NCBI GenBank assembly: GCA_963803085.1
Contig: CAWDLE010000033.1
Coordinates: forward strand, 71,597-135,596
DNA length: 64,000 nucleotides
Reading direction: 5' to 3'
DNA from: an uncultured Thermoleophilaceae bacterium
GTDB lineage: Bacteria > Actinomycetota > Thermoleophilia > Solirubrobacterales > Thermoleophilaceae
The notes under the pieces are model-generated. The model made no database searches and was not told where the DNA came from. It was given only the letters and a program-made list of their open reading frames with translations. Shown here in pieces: positions 46,276 to 54,716 of this stretch (its first letter is position 1; the number at the start of each line of letters is the position of its first letter). The position numbers were made by a program, and so were the translations under genes.

Positions 46276-47436
46276 ATGCGCCGGCTCTTCTGGCTCGTCG
46301 CCGCGGTGGTGCTCGTGGACACGATGTTCTTCGCCGCCGTGGCGCCGCTGCTTCCCCATTACTCCGACGAGCTGGACCTGTCCAAGACCGGTGCGGGAGT
46401 GCTCACGGCCGCCTACCCGGCCGGCACGTTCGTGGGCGCGCTGCCGGCCGGCTGGCTGGCGATCCGCTGGGGCGTGAAGCCCACGCTGATGGCCGGCCTG
46501 GCGATGCTCGGCCTGTCGAGCCTTGCGTTCGCGTTCGCCGGGCACATCGTGCTGCTCGACGGCGCGCGCTTCCTACAGGGCATCGGCGGAGCCTGCATGT
46601 GGGCCGCCGGTATGGCGTGGCTCGTTTCCGCTGCGCCCGTGGAGCGCCGAGGCGAGCTGATCGGCGCTGCGCTCAGCGCGGCGATCGTGGGCGTGCTGCT
46701 CGGGCCCGTGCTCGGTGGCGCGGCCACGGTGCTCAGCCCCGAGGCGGTCTTCAGCGCCGTCTCGGTGCTGGCGGTGGGTCTCGCGGCCTGGGCATGGTCG
46801 ATGCCGGGCGTTGAGCCAGAGGCGAGCCCCGGCATCCGCGCGATGCTTCGCACGCTGCGGAGGCCCGCCGTGATGGCGGGCTTCTGGCTGTTCACGATCC
46901 CGGCGCTCTTTGCAGGCGTGATCGAGGTCCTGGTGCCACTTCGGATGGACGACCTCGGCGCCTCCGGAGCCGCCATCGGGGCGCTGTTCCTCGTAGCGGC
47001 GGCCGTCGAGGCGACCATCAGTCCGGTCGCCGGGCGCTGGTCTGACCGCGCCGGCCGGCTTGCCCCGATCCGCGCTGGCCTCATCGGAGCGGCCGTCATG
47101 GCGGTGTTGCTCCCACTGCCGGGAACCGCCGTGCTGCTCGGGCTGAGCGTCGTGATCGCCATCGCGTGCCTCGCCGTGTTCTGGGCGCCTGGTATGGCGA
47201 TGCTGTCGGACGCGGCCGAGGACGCCGGATTGGACCAAGCACTTGCCTTCTCGCTCGCGAACCTCGCATGGGCCCTCGGCCACATCGTCGGCGCGGGCAG
47301 CGGTGGCGCGATCGCGGAGGCCACCTCAGACGCGGTTCCCTACGGCGGGCTGGCCGTCGCGTGCGTCCTGACGCTTCTCGGGCTGTCGGCCAACCGCCGC
47401 CGCCGGGCGGCGGTCACCGCTCGCCTCGGCGCCTAG
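46276..47436 (+). CDS. MFS transporter
   Basis: 386 aa read from ATG 46276 (MRRLFWLVAAV...), about 12 TM segments. The upstream part of the 800-aa track ORF is antisense to the dipeptidase. Confidence 0.85.
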   Translation: MRRLFWLVAAVVLVDTMFFAAVAPLLPHYSDELDLSKTGAGVLTAAYPAGTFVGALPAGWLAIRWGVKPTLMAGLAMLGLSSLAFAFAGHIVLLDGARFLQGIGGACMWAAGMAWLVSAAPVERRGELIGAALSAAIVGVLLGPVLGGAATVLSPEAVFSAVSVLAVGLAAWAWSMPGVEPEASPGIRAMLRTLRRPAVMAGFWLFTIPALFAGVIEVLVPLRMDDLGASGAAIGALFLVAAAVEATISPVAGRWSDRAGRLAPIRAGLIGAAVMAVLLPLPGTAVLLGLSVVIAIACLAVFWAPGMAMLSDAAEDAGLDQALAFSLANLAWALGHIVGAGSGGAIAEATSDAVPYGGLAVACVLTLLGLSANRRRRAAVTARLGA

Positions 47437-48026
47437 CCGCAGTTCGGCCAGGGCGCGCTGCCGCGCTGGCGATACAGCCTGAGCGCAAGCCGGTCCTGCA
47501 ACCACTCGGGCGCATCGGCCGGGTCGCCGCTACCGCCGAGAGTCCGCCAGGTCTCGCGGCTGAACTGGTACTTGCCGCGGTACTGCCCTCCCGGTGAGAC
47601 GGCGCGCGGGTTGCCCCCGGACTCGCACTCGGCGATCCGCTGCAGCACAGCGGGCACGTTCACGCTGACGCTGCTCGTACGGCGCACGGAGCGGCTGCTG
47701 AACGGCCTGAGCCCGAGCGCACCGCGCGTGAGCGGTCCGACGATGCCGTCCGGCACGAGGTCATGCCGGCGCTGGAAGCGCTTGACGGCACGCTCGGTCT
47801 GCGCGCCGAAGACGCCGTCGGCCGAAATCCCGAGCTCCTGCTGAATGCTCCGCACGGCCTCGCCGCGGTCGCCGCGCTTGACGACGACCTCGCTGGAGGC
47901 AATGGCGCCGCCTGCGGCCGAGGCGCCGGGGTCCGCGAGTGCAGGCACGGCTGCCGCTGCGAGCGCAGCCAGCGCGAGCAGCACCGCGAAATGCGGACCA
48001 CGCACGGCGTCGAAGATCCTTGCCAC
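47433..48026 (-). CDS. secreted peptidoglycan-binding / resuscitation-promoting-factor-like transglycosylase
   Basis: 197 aa with a signal peptide, a PG_binding_1 repeat (GDRGEAVRSIQQELGISADGVFGAQT) and an Rpf-type transglycosylase-like domain (IAECESGGNPRAVSPGGQYRGKYQF). GTG start. Confidence 0.85.
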   Translation of the reverse strand: MARIFDAVRGPHFAVLLALAALAAAAVPALADPGASAAGGAIASSEVVVKRGDRGEAVRSIQQELGISADGVFGAQTERAVKRFQRRHDLVPDGIVGPLTRGALGLRPFSSRSVRRTSSVSVNVPAVLQRIAECESGGNPRAVSPGGQYRGKYQFSRETWRTLGGSGDPADAPEWLQDRLALRLYRQRGSAPWPNCG

Positions 48027-48039
48027 CTGACGTTTCCCC

Positions 48040-48197
48040 TTTCCCTATGCCTACGAGGTGAGCTGACGGGCTCGCGCCGGAAAGTGGCGCTACGCGACAA
48101 GGCTGTCGCGATTCGCCCCAGCGGCCTTAACGGCCGCAAGTGGGTCCCCCGTTCCTCGCCGTCGGGACAGCGAGAACTCGGCAGTTCGAATCAGAAG
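48040..48197 (-). promoter_or_regulatory. ydaO/yuaA-type (c-di-AMP) riboswitch in the leader of the Rpf-like gene
   Basis: The minus strand carries hallmark blocks: ACGGGGGACCCA (48152-48141), GGGGCGAAUC (48119-48110) and CCGUCAGCUCACCUCGUAGGC (48069-49). The SD and GTG start follow about 20 nt later. Confidence 0.75.
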
Positions 48198-48255
48198 TCG
48201 TACATCCAAGCACATCGGCGCCGCGACTGTTGCGGTGGATGACCCGAATGGGGTA

Positions 48256-48429
48256 CTAGCGAGCGACGTTCAGCAGGTCGTCGACCACGCTCACGATGTC
48301 GATCTGAGCCACCGGCGGCGGGGGCGCTAGGGCTATCGGCTGCGGGCGTCGGCGCTGGAGCCAGACGGCCGTCGCAAGCGCACCCACGAGGAAGGGGGCC
48401 ATGCGCAGGAGCAGCCGTAGACCGGGCAT
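48256..48429 (-). CDS. hypothetical small membrane protein (57 aa)
   Basis: This is the tail of track ORF 48256..48729, read from ATG 48429: MPGLRLLLRMAPFLVGALATAVWLQ.... It has one hydrophobic helix and high third-position GC by hand count. It lies in otherwise unassigned space upstream of the riboswitch. Confidence 0.3.
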   Translation of the reverse strand: MPGLRLLLRMAPFLVGALATAVWLQRRRPQPIALAPPPPVAQIDIVSVVDDLLNVAR

Positions 48430-48469
48430 CGGCGCGACCCTACACCCGCTCACGGATACTCTGCGAGTC

Positions 48470-49216
48470 ATGGATCTTGGCCTCGAGGGCAGGGTCGCGC
48501 TCGTGACGGGCGCCTCGCAGGGCATCGGCCTCGGCATCGCGCGGGAGCTTGCGGGCGAGGGCGCGCGGGTGGCGGTGAGCTCCCGGACGCGCGAGAAGAT
48601 CGAGCCCGCCGCCGCCGATATCGGCGCGAGGCCGTATGTGCACGACACGCTCGACCTCGATTCGGCACCCGAGCTGCTCGAGAACGTGGAGCGCGACCTG
48701 GGCCCGATCGACATCCTCGTGACCAACACGGGCGGTCCCGCCGGAGGCGATCCGCTCGAGTTCAGCCGCGATCAGTGGGAGGCCGCCCACCGCGAGCTGG
48801 TCGTGGCGCCGATCGAGATGATCGAGCGGGTGGTGCCCGGGATGCGCGAGCGCAGCTTCGGGCGAATCGTGAGCGTGTCGTCGTCCGCCGCGCGCGAGCC
48901 GATTCCCGCGCTGATGCTGTCGAACTCGCACCGCCCCGGTCTCCTCGGCGCGTTCAAGACGCTCGCCCGCAAGCTCGCGGGCGACGGCATCACGCTCAAC
49001 ACGATCCTGCCCGGGCGGATCGCCACCGATCGCATCGCTCACCTGCACGGGTCGATCGAGGAGGCCGAGAAGGTGGCCCGCGACGAGATTCCGGCCGGCC
49101 GGCTCGGGACCGCGGAGGAGATCGCGGCGACCGCGGCATTCCTCTGCTCCGAGCGGGCCAGCTACATCACCGGAGTGGCCCTGCTCGTGGACGGCGGGCT
49201 TACGGGGAGCATCTGA
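48470..49216 (+). CDS. SDR family oxidoreductase
   Basis: 248 aa read from ATG 48470 (MDLGLEGRVALVTGASQGIGLGIA). Confidence 0.9.
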   Translation: MDLGLEGRVALVTGASQGIGLGIARELAGEGARVAVSSRTREKIEPAAADIGARPYVHDTLDLDSAPELLENVERDLGPIDILVTNTGGPAGGDPLEFSRDQWEAAHRELVVAPIEMIERVVPGMRERSFGRIVSVSSSAAREPIPALMLSNSHRPGLLGAFKTLARKLAGDGITLNTILPGRIATDRIAHLHGSIEEAEKVARDEIPAGRLGTAEEIAATAAFLCSERASYITGVALLVDGGLTGSI

Positions 49217-49221
49217 GCACG

Positions 49222-50370
49222 GTGTCAACGGAATCGGCCTCCACCCCCAGCCCGATCGCTCCGGGCGTGGCCTTCGAGGTCGAGCGCTTCGAGTGGACCT
49301 CGCGCGATCGCCTCGAGCTCGTCGGCCGCTGGTCCGGGCTGCGCGGGCACCGCTTCCTGAGGCCCACGCTCGATGTTCAGGTGGAGGGCGAGCGGCACCG
49401 GATGCTCGCGCTGCTCGAGCACAAGCCGTGGGCGCCCGAGGACGGCCAGGACTGGGTGGCAGCCTTCACCTGGAGGGGCGAGCCGGCGAACTTCGACGAG
49501 GCCGAGCTCACGGTGAGCCCGGACCTCGCGGTGCAGCTGCCGGCACCGGGCGGCGTGGTGGAGCACGGTGAGGTTCACGCCGCGACCCCGGCGGCCGATC
49601 GCCTACCCGCACGTCGCCCGCGCAGTGCCGTGCTCGAGACCGAGCTCGCCGCTGCACTTGCCGAGGTGGAGCGGGCGGGCGAGGAGCTGGAGCGGACGCG
49701 TGCGATGCACTCGGAGGCGGCCAAGGAGCTGCGCGAGCGCCTCAGGGAAGAGCACGCGAAGATCCGGACACTCGAGACCGAGCTCGAGCAGTCGCGCGCC
49801 GCGATCGCGCTGGCCGAGGAGGCCGCCGCCGAGGATGCCGATCGCTTGCGCGACGAGCGCGACGCCGCCGCGGCCGAACGAGACGCCGCCATGGTGGCGC
49901 GCGACGCCGCGCTCGCGGAGGCCGACGAGGCGCGCACCGCACGCGACGAGGCGCTTGAGAAGCTCAGCGGGGTCGAGGGCGAGCGCGACGCCCTGGCAGA
50001 GGCGCGCGACCGGGCCCGCCTCGAACGCAACGCGTGGATGTCACGGGCCCGCGCCGCGGCTGCCGGTCGCCCGAGCGCGGAGGCCAGAGCCGTGCCCAAG
50101 CCGCTCGCCGACCCGGAGCCAGAGCCAGAGCTACCCGAATCCACACAGGTGATCGAGCCACCCCAAGCCCCTTCCCCACCCTCCGAACGGCGGACGATCC
50201 AGATCGGGGAGCGGCCCGGGCGGGCAACGCCAAAACCCCCGGCCTCGCCTATGCAAGACCGGGGGTCGGCTTCCTACCTGCGGGCCTGGGGCCCGCGGCT
50301 TGCCGCCGCGGTGGCCCTGGCCCTGTTTGTCCTGATCGTGGTGGTCGTGCTGCTGGGCGACGTCCTCTAG
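49222..50370 (+). CDS. tail-anchored coiled-coil protein (hypothetical)
   Basis: 382 aa read from GTG 49222. An N-terminal globular region of about 110 aa is followed by an Ala/Glu/Asp/Arg coiled coil (ERDAAAAERDAAMVARDAALAEADEARTARDEA), a Pro-rich linker and a C-terminal TM segment (LAAAVALALFVLIVVVVLLG). Confidence 0.7.
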   Translation: MSTESASTPSPIAPGVAFEVERFEWTSRDRLELVGRWSGLRGHRFLRPTLDVQVEGERHRMLALLEHKPWAPEDGQDWVAAFTWRGEPANFDEAELTVSPDLAVQLPAPGGVVEHGEVHAATPAADRLPARRPRSAVLETELAAALAEVERAGEELERTRAMHSEAAKELRERLREEHAKIRTLETELEQSRAAIALAEEAAAEDADRLRDERDAAAAERDAAMVARDAALAEADEARTARDEALEKLSGVEGERDALAEARDRARLERNAWMSRARAAAAGRPSAEARAVPKPLADPEPEPELPESTQVIEPPQAPSPPSERRTIQIGERPGRATPKPPASPMQDRGSASYLRAWGPRLAAAVALALFVLIVVVVLLGDVL

Positions 50371-50377
50371 GGGTTCC

Positions 50378-52666
50378 CTAGGCGGCGGCGATGGCCGGCG
50401 TCTGAGCCGGCTCCAGCGCCACATCGAGCACCTCGTCGATGGACATCACCGGGTGGAAGGTCATCGCGTCGCGGACCTCCTCCGGCACGTCGTCCAGGTC
50501 GGCCCGGTTGCGCTCGGGCAGGATCACGTCCGTGAGCCCCGCCGCGTGCGCGGCCAGCACCTTCTGCTTCAGCCCGCCGATCGGCAGCACCCGGCCCTGG
50601 AGCGTGACCTCGCCGGTCATGCCCACCGTGTGCTTCACCGGGCGGCCGCTGAGCAGCGACGAGAGCGCCGTCGTCATCGTGATGCCCGCGCTCGGACCGT
50701 CCTTCGGGATCGCTCCCGCCGGCACGTGGACGTGGAACTCACGCCCGTCGAACGCGTCCTCGTCGATGTCGAGCGACTCCGCGTGGCCGCGGACGTAGGA
50801 GAGCGCGATCCGCGCGGACTCCTTCATCACGTCGCCGAGCTGACCCGTGAGCACCAGGCCGTCCTTGCCCTTCATCGAGGTGGCCTCGATGAACAGGACG
50901 TCGCCGCCGACTCCGGTCACGGCCAGGCCCGTTGCCACGCCCGGGATCGCCGTGCGCTCGGCCGACTCCTGGAAGAAGCGCTGGCGGCCCAGGCCGTCCC
51001 GCACCTCGTCCTCCCCGATCTGAACCGGGGGTTCGACCTTGCCTGACGCGATCCGCGTCGCGGTCTTGCGCAGCAGGGTGCCGAGCTCGCGCTCGAGTTG
51101 GCGCACGCCCGCCTCGCGGGTGTACTCCGTCACCACGGTGCGCAGGACCTCGTCGCTCACGGCGACCTCGTCCTCGCGCAGACCGTTGCGCTCACGCTGA
51201 CGCGGCTGGAGGTATCCCTTGGCGATCGCGACCTTCTCATCGGTGGTGTAGCCATCGAAGCGGACGACCTCCATGCGGTCGAGCAGCGGCGCAGGGATGG
51301 TTTCAGCCATGTTGCCGGTTGCGATGAACACCACTTCGGACAGGTCTAGTTCGACATCCAGGTAGTGGTCGCGGAACGAGTGGTTCTGTGCCGGGTCGAG
51401 CACCTCGAGCAGGGCCGCGCTGGGGTCGCCGCGCCAGTCGGCGCCGACCTTGTCGACCTCGTCGAGCATGATCACCGGGTTCATCGTCCCGGCGTCGCGC
51501 AGGGCACGGACGAGCCGGCCCGGCAGGGCGCCGATGTACGTGCGCCGGTGGCCGCGGATCTCCGCCTCGTCACGCACGCCGCCGAGCGACATGCGCACGA
51601 ACTCGCGTCCGGTGGCACGCGCGATCGACTCCCCGATGGAGGTCTTGCCCGTGCCGGGCGGTCCGATCAGCGTCAGGATGGCGCCGCTCTTCTTGTCCTC
51701 GGCGATGCCGCGCTCCTCGCGCAGCTTGCGCACGGCGATGTACTCGACGATGCGGTCCTTCACATCCTCGAGACCCGCGTGGTCGGCGTCCAGGACCTCA
51801 CGCGCGTGCGTGGGGTCGAGCCGCTCGTCTGAGCGCTTCGACCACGGCACGGCGATCAGCCAGTCGAGGTAGGAGCGGATCATCGAGCTCTCGCCCGACT
51901 GCTCGCCCATGCGCTCGAAGCGGGCCAGCTCGCGCTCGGCCTGCTCACGCACCTCGTCCGGCATGCCGGCTTCCTCGATCTTGGCGCGGTACTCCTCGAC
52001 GACCGAGCCGTCGTCGTCGCCTAGCTCCTTCTGGATCGACTCCATCTGCTTGCGCAGGAAGTACTCGCGCTGCTGCTTCTCCGCACCCGACTGCACGTCG
52101 TCGCGGATCTGGCGGCGCACCTGCATCTCGGTCAGGCGCTCACGCTGGAGCTCGAGCGCCCTTGCGAGCCGCTCGGTCACGTCGAGCAGCTCGAGCAGCT
52201 CGACCTTCTGGTCGTAGCTCAGGTCCGGCGAGTAGCCGGCGGTGTCGGCCAGGGCACCGGGCTCGATGATCGAGCGCACGAACGCCGCGACACGGCCGTC
52301 GTCTCCGCGAAGCTCGAGGAGCTCCTCGACAACGGCGCGGTACTGGCGCTCGAGGTCACGGGTGAGGCCGTCGACCGGCTGGTCGTCCGGCTGCGCCTCC
52401 ACCTCGACACGCAGGTTGCCGTCCGGGCCGGTGCTCGCGGCGCCTATCCGGCCTCGATGCTGGCCCTCTAGAGCGACCGCACGCCCGCCGCCGGGCAGGC
52501 GAACGCGGTCCACCACGTCGGCAACCGTGCCGACGGAGGCGAACTCCTCGCCCTTGCGCGGAACGAGCACGACACGTTCCTCCGTGCCGACGTCGATCGC
52601 CAATGTCACTGTCATGGTCGGGAAGACGACCGAATCGTCTACCGGGACCAGCAGCATCGTCTCCAT
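50378..52666 (-). CDS. lon: ATP-dependent Lon protease (LonA)
   Basis: 762 aa read from ATG 52666 with Walker A ([11 protein letters not shown]) and the catalytic Ser context ([11 protein letters not shown]). The upstream part of the track ORF is antisense to rpiA. Confidence 0.95.
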   Translation of the reverse strand: METMLLVPVDDSVVFPTMTVTLAIDVGTEERVVLVPRKGEEFASVGTVADVVDRVRLPGGGRAVALEGQHRGRIGAASTGPDGNLRVEVEAQPDDQPVDGLTRDLERQYRAVVEELLELRGDDGRVAAFVRSIIEPGALADTAGYSPDLSYDQKVELLELLDVTERLARALELQRERLTEMQVRRQIRDDVQSGAEKQQREYFLRKQMESIQKELGDDDGSVVEEYRAKIEEAGMPDEVREQAERELARFERMGEQSGESSMIRSYLDWLIAVPWSKRSDERLDPTHAREVLDADHAGLEDVKDRIVEYIAVRKLREERGIAEDKKSGAILTLIGPPGTGKTSIGESIARATGREFVRMSLGGVRDEAEIRGHRRTYIGALPGRLVRALRDAGTMNPVIMLDEVDKVGADWRGDPSAALLEVLDPAQNHSFRDHYLDVELDLSEVVFIATGNMAETIPAPLLDRMEVVRFDGYTTDEKVAIAKGYLQPRQRERNGLREDEVAVSDEVLRTVVTEYTREAGVRQLERELGTLLRKTATRIASGKVEPPVQIGEDEVRDGLGRQRFFQESAERTAIPGVATGLAVTGVGGDVLFIEATSMKGKDGLVLTGQLGDVMKESARIALSYVRGHAESLDIDEDAFDGREFHVHVPAGAIPKDGPSAGITMTTALSSLLSGRPVKHTVGMTGEVTLQGRVLPIGGLKQKVLAAHAAGLTDVILPERNRADLDDVPEEVRDAMTFHPVMSIDEVLDVALEPAQTPAIAAA

Positions 52667-52685
52667 TGCATTCTCCAAGTTCTGG

Positions 52686-52717
52686 GGTGAGTCTTGCTTA
52701 CTCAACGTAAGTGAGTA
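52686..52717 (-). promoter_or_regulatory. HAIR-like inverted repeat (possible HspR operator) in the lon promoter region
   Basis: The minus strand reads TATACT (-10-like) ...cgTTGAGT-aagcaag-ACTCAcc, compared with the HAIR consensus CTTGAGT-N7-ACTCAAG. A third half-site (TGAGT/ACTCA) sits a further 7 nt away. Confidence 0.4.
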
Positions 52718-52774
52718 TAGGGATGGTAAGTCCTGGCGACCCGACCCTCCGGAGGGCCTGCAAAGCTCCCGCCC

Positions 52775-53461
52775 GTGAGCGATGCCCGTGAAGCCGCGGC
52801 GGCCGCTGCTGCGGAGCTCGTGGAGCCTTCGATGACGATTGGGCTGGGCTCTGGGCGGGCTGTTTGGGCGGTTGTGGAGCGGTTGCCGAGTGGGACCCGC
52901 GCCGTGGTGGCTTCGGAGCTGACCCGGGCGCGGGCGCTTACGGCGGGCATTGAGGTGGTTGAGCTGGATGGGAGCTGTGAGCTGGACCTGGCGCTGGACG
53001 GTGCCGACGAGGTGGACGGCTCTTTGGGGTTGATCAAGGGCGGTGGTGGCGCGCTCTTGCGCGAGAAGATCGTGATTTCCGCCGCGCGCCGCTTCGTCGT
53101 GGTTGCCGAGGCGGTGAAGAAGGTGGATCGGCTCGGCGAGGGCTTCCGGCTGCCGGTCGAGGTGGTGCGCTTCGGGTGGCGGGACACGCGCCGGCGGCTG
53201 GCTCGGTTTCTGCCTGATGCCGAACTGCGGAGCACTGAGGATGGGTCCGAGCCGTACGTCACCGACGAGGGCCACTACATCCTGGACGGCCCGATTCCGC
53301 CGGACGCCGAATTGGCCGCGCTCGCGGACGACCTTTGCCGCGTGCCCGGCGTGGTGGAGCACGGTTTGTTCCTGGACATGGCAGATCTCGCACTGCTGGG
53401 CAACCCGGACGGCACGGTCGAACGCCTCGAGCGCGGTGCCGCAGGATCTTCATCGCATTGA
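52775..53461 (+). CDS. rpiA: ribose-5-phosphate isomerase A
   Basis: 228 aa with GLGSGR, DGADEVD and KGGGGALLREK. Confidence 0.92.
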   Translation: MSDAREAAAAAAAELVEPSMTIGLGSGRAVWAVVERLPSGTRAVVASELTRARALTAGIEVVELDGSCELDLALDGADEVDGSLGLIKGGGGALLREKIVISAARRFVVVAEAVKKVDRLGEGFRLPVEVVRFGWRDTRRRLARFLPDAELRSTEDGSEPYVTDEGHYILDGPIPPDAELAALADDLCRVPGVVEHGLFLDMADLALLGNPDGTVERLERGAAGSSSH

Positions 53462-53482
53462 TGAAGAAAGTGCGGCAGTGCG

Positions 53483-54183
53483 TCAGAGCTGGCCTTGCGA
53501 GACCGCGGCGCCGGCGGGCGTGTGGTCGCCCGGCGGGCGGGTGAGTAGGCGGATTTCGCGTGCGAAGTTGTCGGCTGCTGTGAGGTAGACGGCCTGGCGG
53601 AGCGTCACGCGTAGGGTGGCGAGCGCCGTCGGGCCGCCCGTGGCGGTGCCGTCGGGCGGTGCGGCATCCGGGGACGCCGGGCTCGATGCGCAGCAGCTCC
53701 GCTCCCGCGAGGGCCACCAGCGTGCGGCCGCCACCGGCGCCCGACTCGGTCGAAACCAGCACATCCACGCGCGAACCCGCGGCCAGACCCGCCGCAGCGC
53801 TCACCTCAACAACCACGGCCCGCCACCCCCGCCCCACACCTTCACTCCCTCGATGCTCGCTGTTCGAGCGCCTCGAACACGCCCGCGGTCAGGTAGCCGC
53901 CGGCGCGCAACGGGTACCGCGAGGTCTGGCGCCGACAACGCCAGTCGCCCGAGGCCAACGCATCGCGCGGCACGTACCGCGCGGGCACCCGCCGAATCAC
54001 GACGGCCCGCGCCGACACCCGCACCCCCGCCCGCAGATCCCGCACCGCCACCAGCACCGGCACCGCCGGACCGACCTGCGCCGCCACGCTTCGCTCGCGC
54101 TCGTGCACCTGTGAGGCCGCGAGTCCTCCGCTCGCCAGCGCCACCGACAGCAGCAACAGCCCGCGTCGCCGACGGGCCTTCAC
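53483..54183 (-). pseudogene. cpaB: Flp pilus assembly protein CpaB (SAF/RcpC), split over three reading frames
   Basis: The N-part (ORF 53842..54183) has a TM segment plus VLVAVRDLRAGVRV. The middle part, RAVVVEVSAAAGLAAGSRVDVLV...LLRIEPG, lies in the frame of ORF 53259..53837. The C-part, TLRVTLRQAVYLTAADNFAREIRLLTRPPGD, lies in ORF 53483..53764. The junctions are near 53840-53880 (G-runs) and about 53675. Confidence 0.75.
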
Positions 54184-54716
54184 ACGTCGGGGAGGTCGAG
54201 CGTGGCCACGGCGCCGTCGCCGACGATCTCGAAGCTCAGCCGCCCGCCCAGCTCCTCGGCGGCGCGCTTGGCGATCTGGAGACCGCGCCCGCGGTTGCGA
54301 ACCTCGACGCGGACTCCGCCCTCATGGGCCCGGCCGATCACCCGCACGGTTCCGGAGCCGTGCTCGGCCGCGTTGGCGAGCACGTTGCCGAGCGCCTGGG
54401 CGAAGCGGCGGCGGTCGAGCCGCGCGGTGACCGGGCCGCCCTCCCACTCGACAGCGGTGTCGCGCCACGGCCGCGCCGCCGCGCTGGTGAGCGACGAAAG
54501 CTCGACCTCCTCGCGCTCGGCCTCGGGCGATCGCGCCCCGCGCGCCGCCGCGAGGTCGGAGAGGCCGGCGCGAAGGCGATCGAGCTGGGCATCGATCACC
54601 GCCGCGTGGTGGCCGGCGGCCGGATCGCGGCGAAGCGCCTCGCACACCAGCGCAAGCGCCGTGGCGGCTCCCCGGAGCTCGTGCTCGGCGCGCGCGATCT
54701 GCTCCGAGTGGCTCAC
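54180..54716 (-). CDS. minimal soluble histidine-kinase-like protein (DHp plus truncated/degenerate CA domain)
   Basis: 178 aa read from GTG 54716 (GTGA overlap with the regulator stop). It has an H-box (ARAEHELRG) and an N-box (LGNVLANAAEHG). G1 is degenerate (VRNRGRG) and runs directly into LQIAKRAAEELGG. There is no sensor or TM region. Confidence 0.7.
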   Translation of the reverse strand: MSHSEQIARAEHELRGAATALALVCEALRRDPAAGHHAAVIDAQLDRLRAGLSDLAAARGARSPEAEREEVELSSLTSAAARPWRDTAVEWEGGPVTARLDRRRFAQALGNVLANAAEHGSGTVRVIGRAHEGGVRVEVRNRGRGLQIAKRAAEELGGRLSFEIVGDGAVATLDLPDV

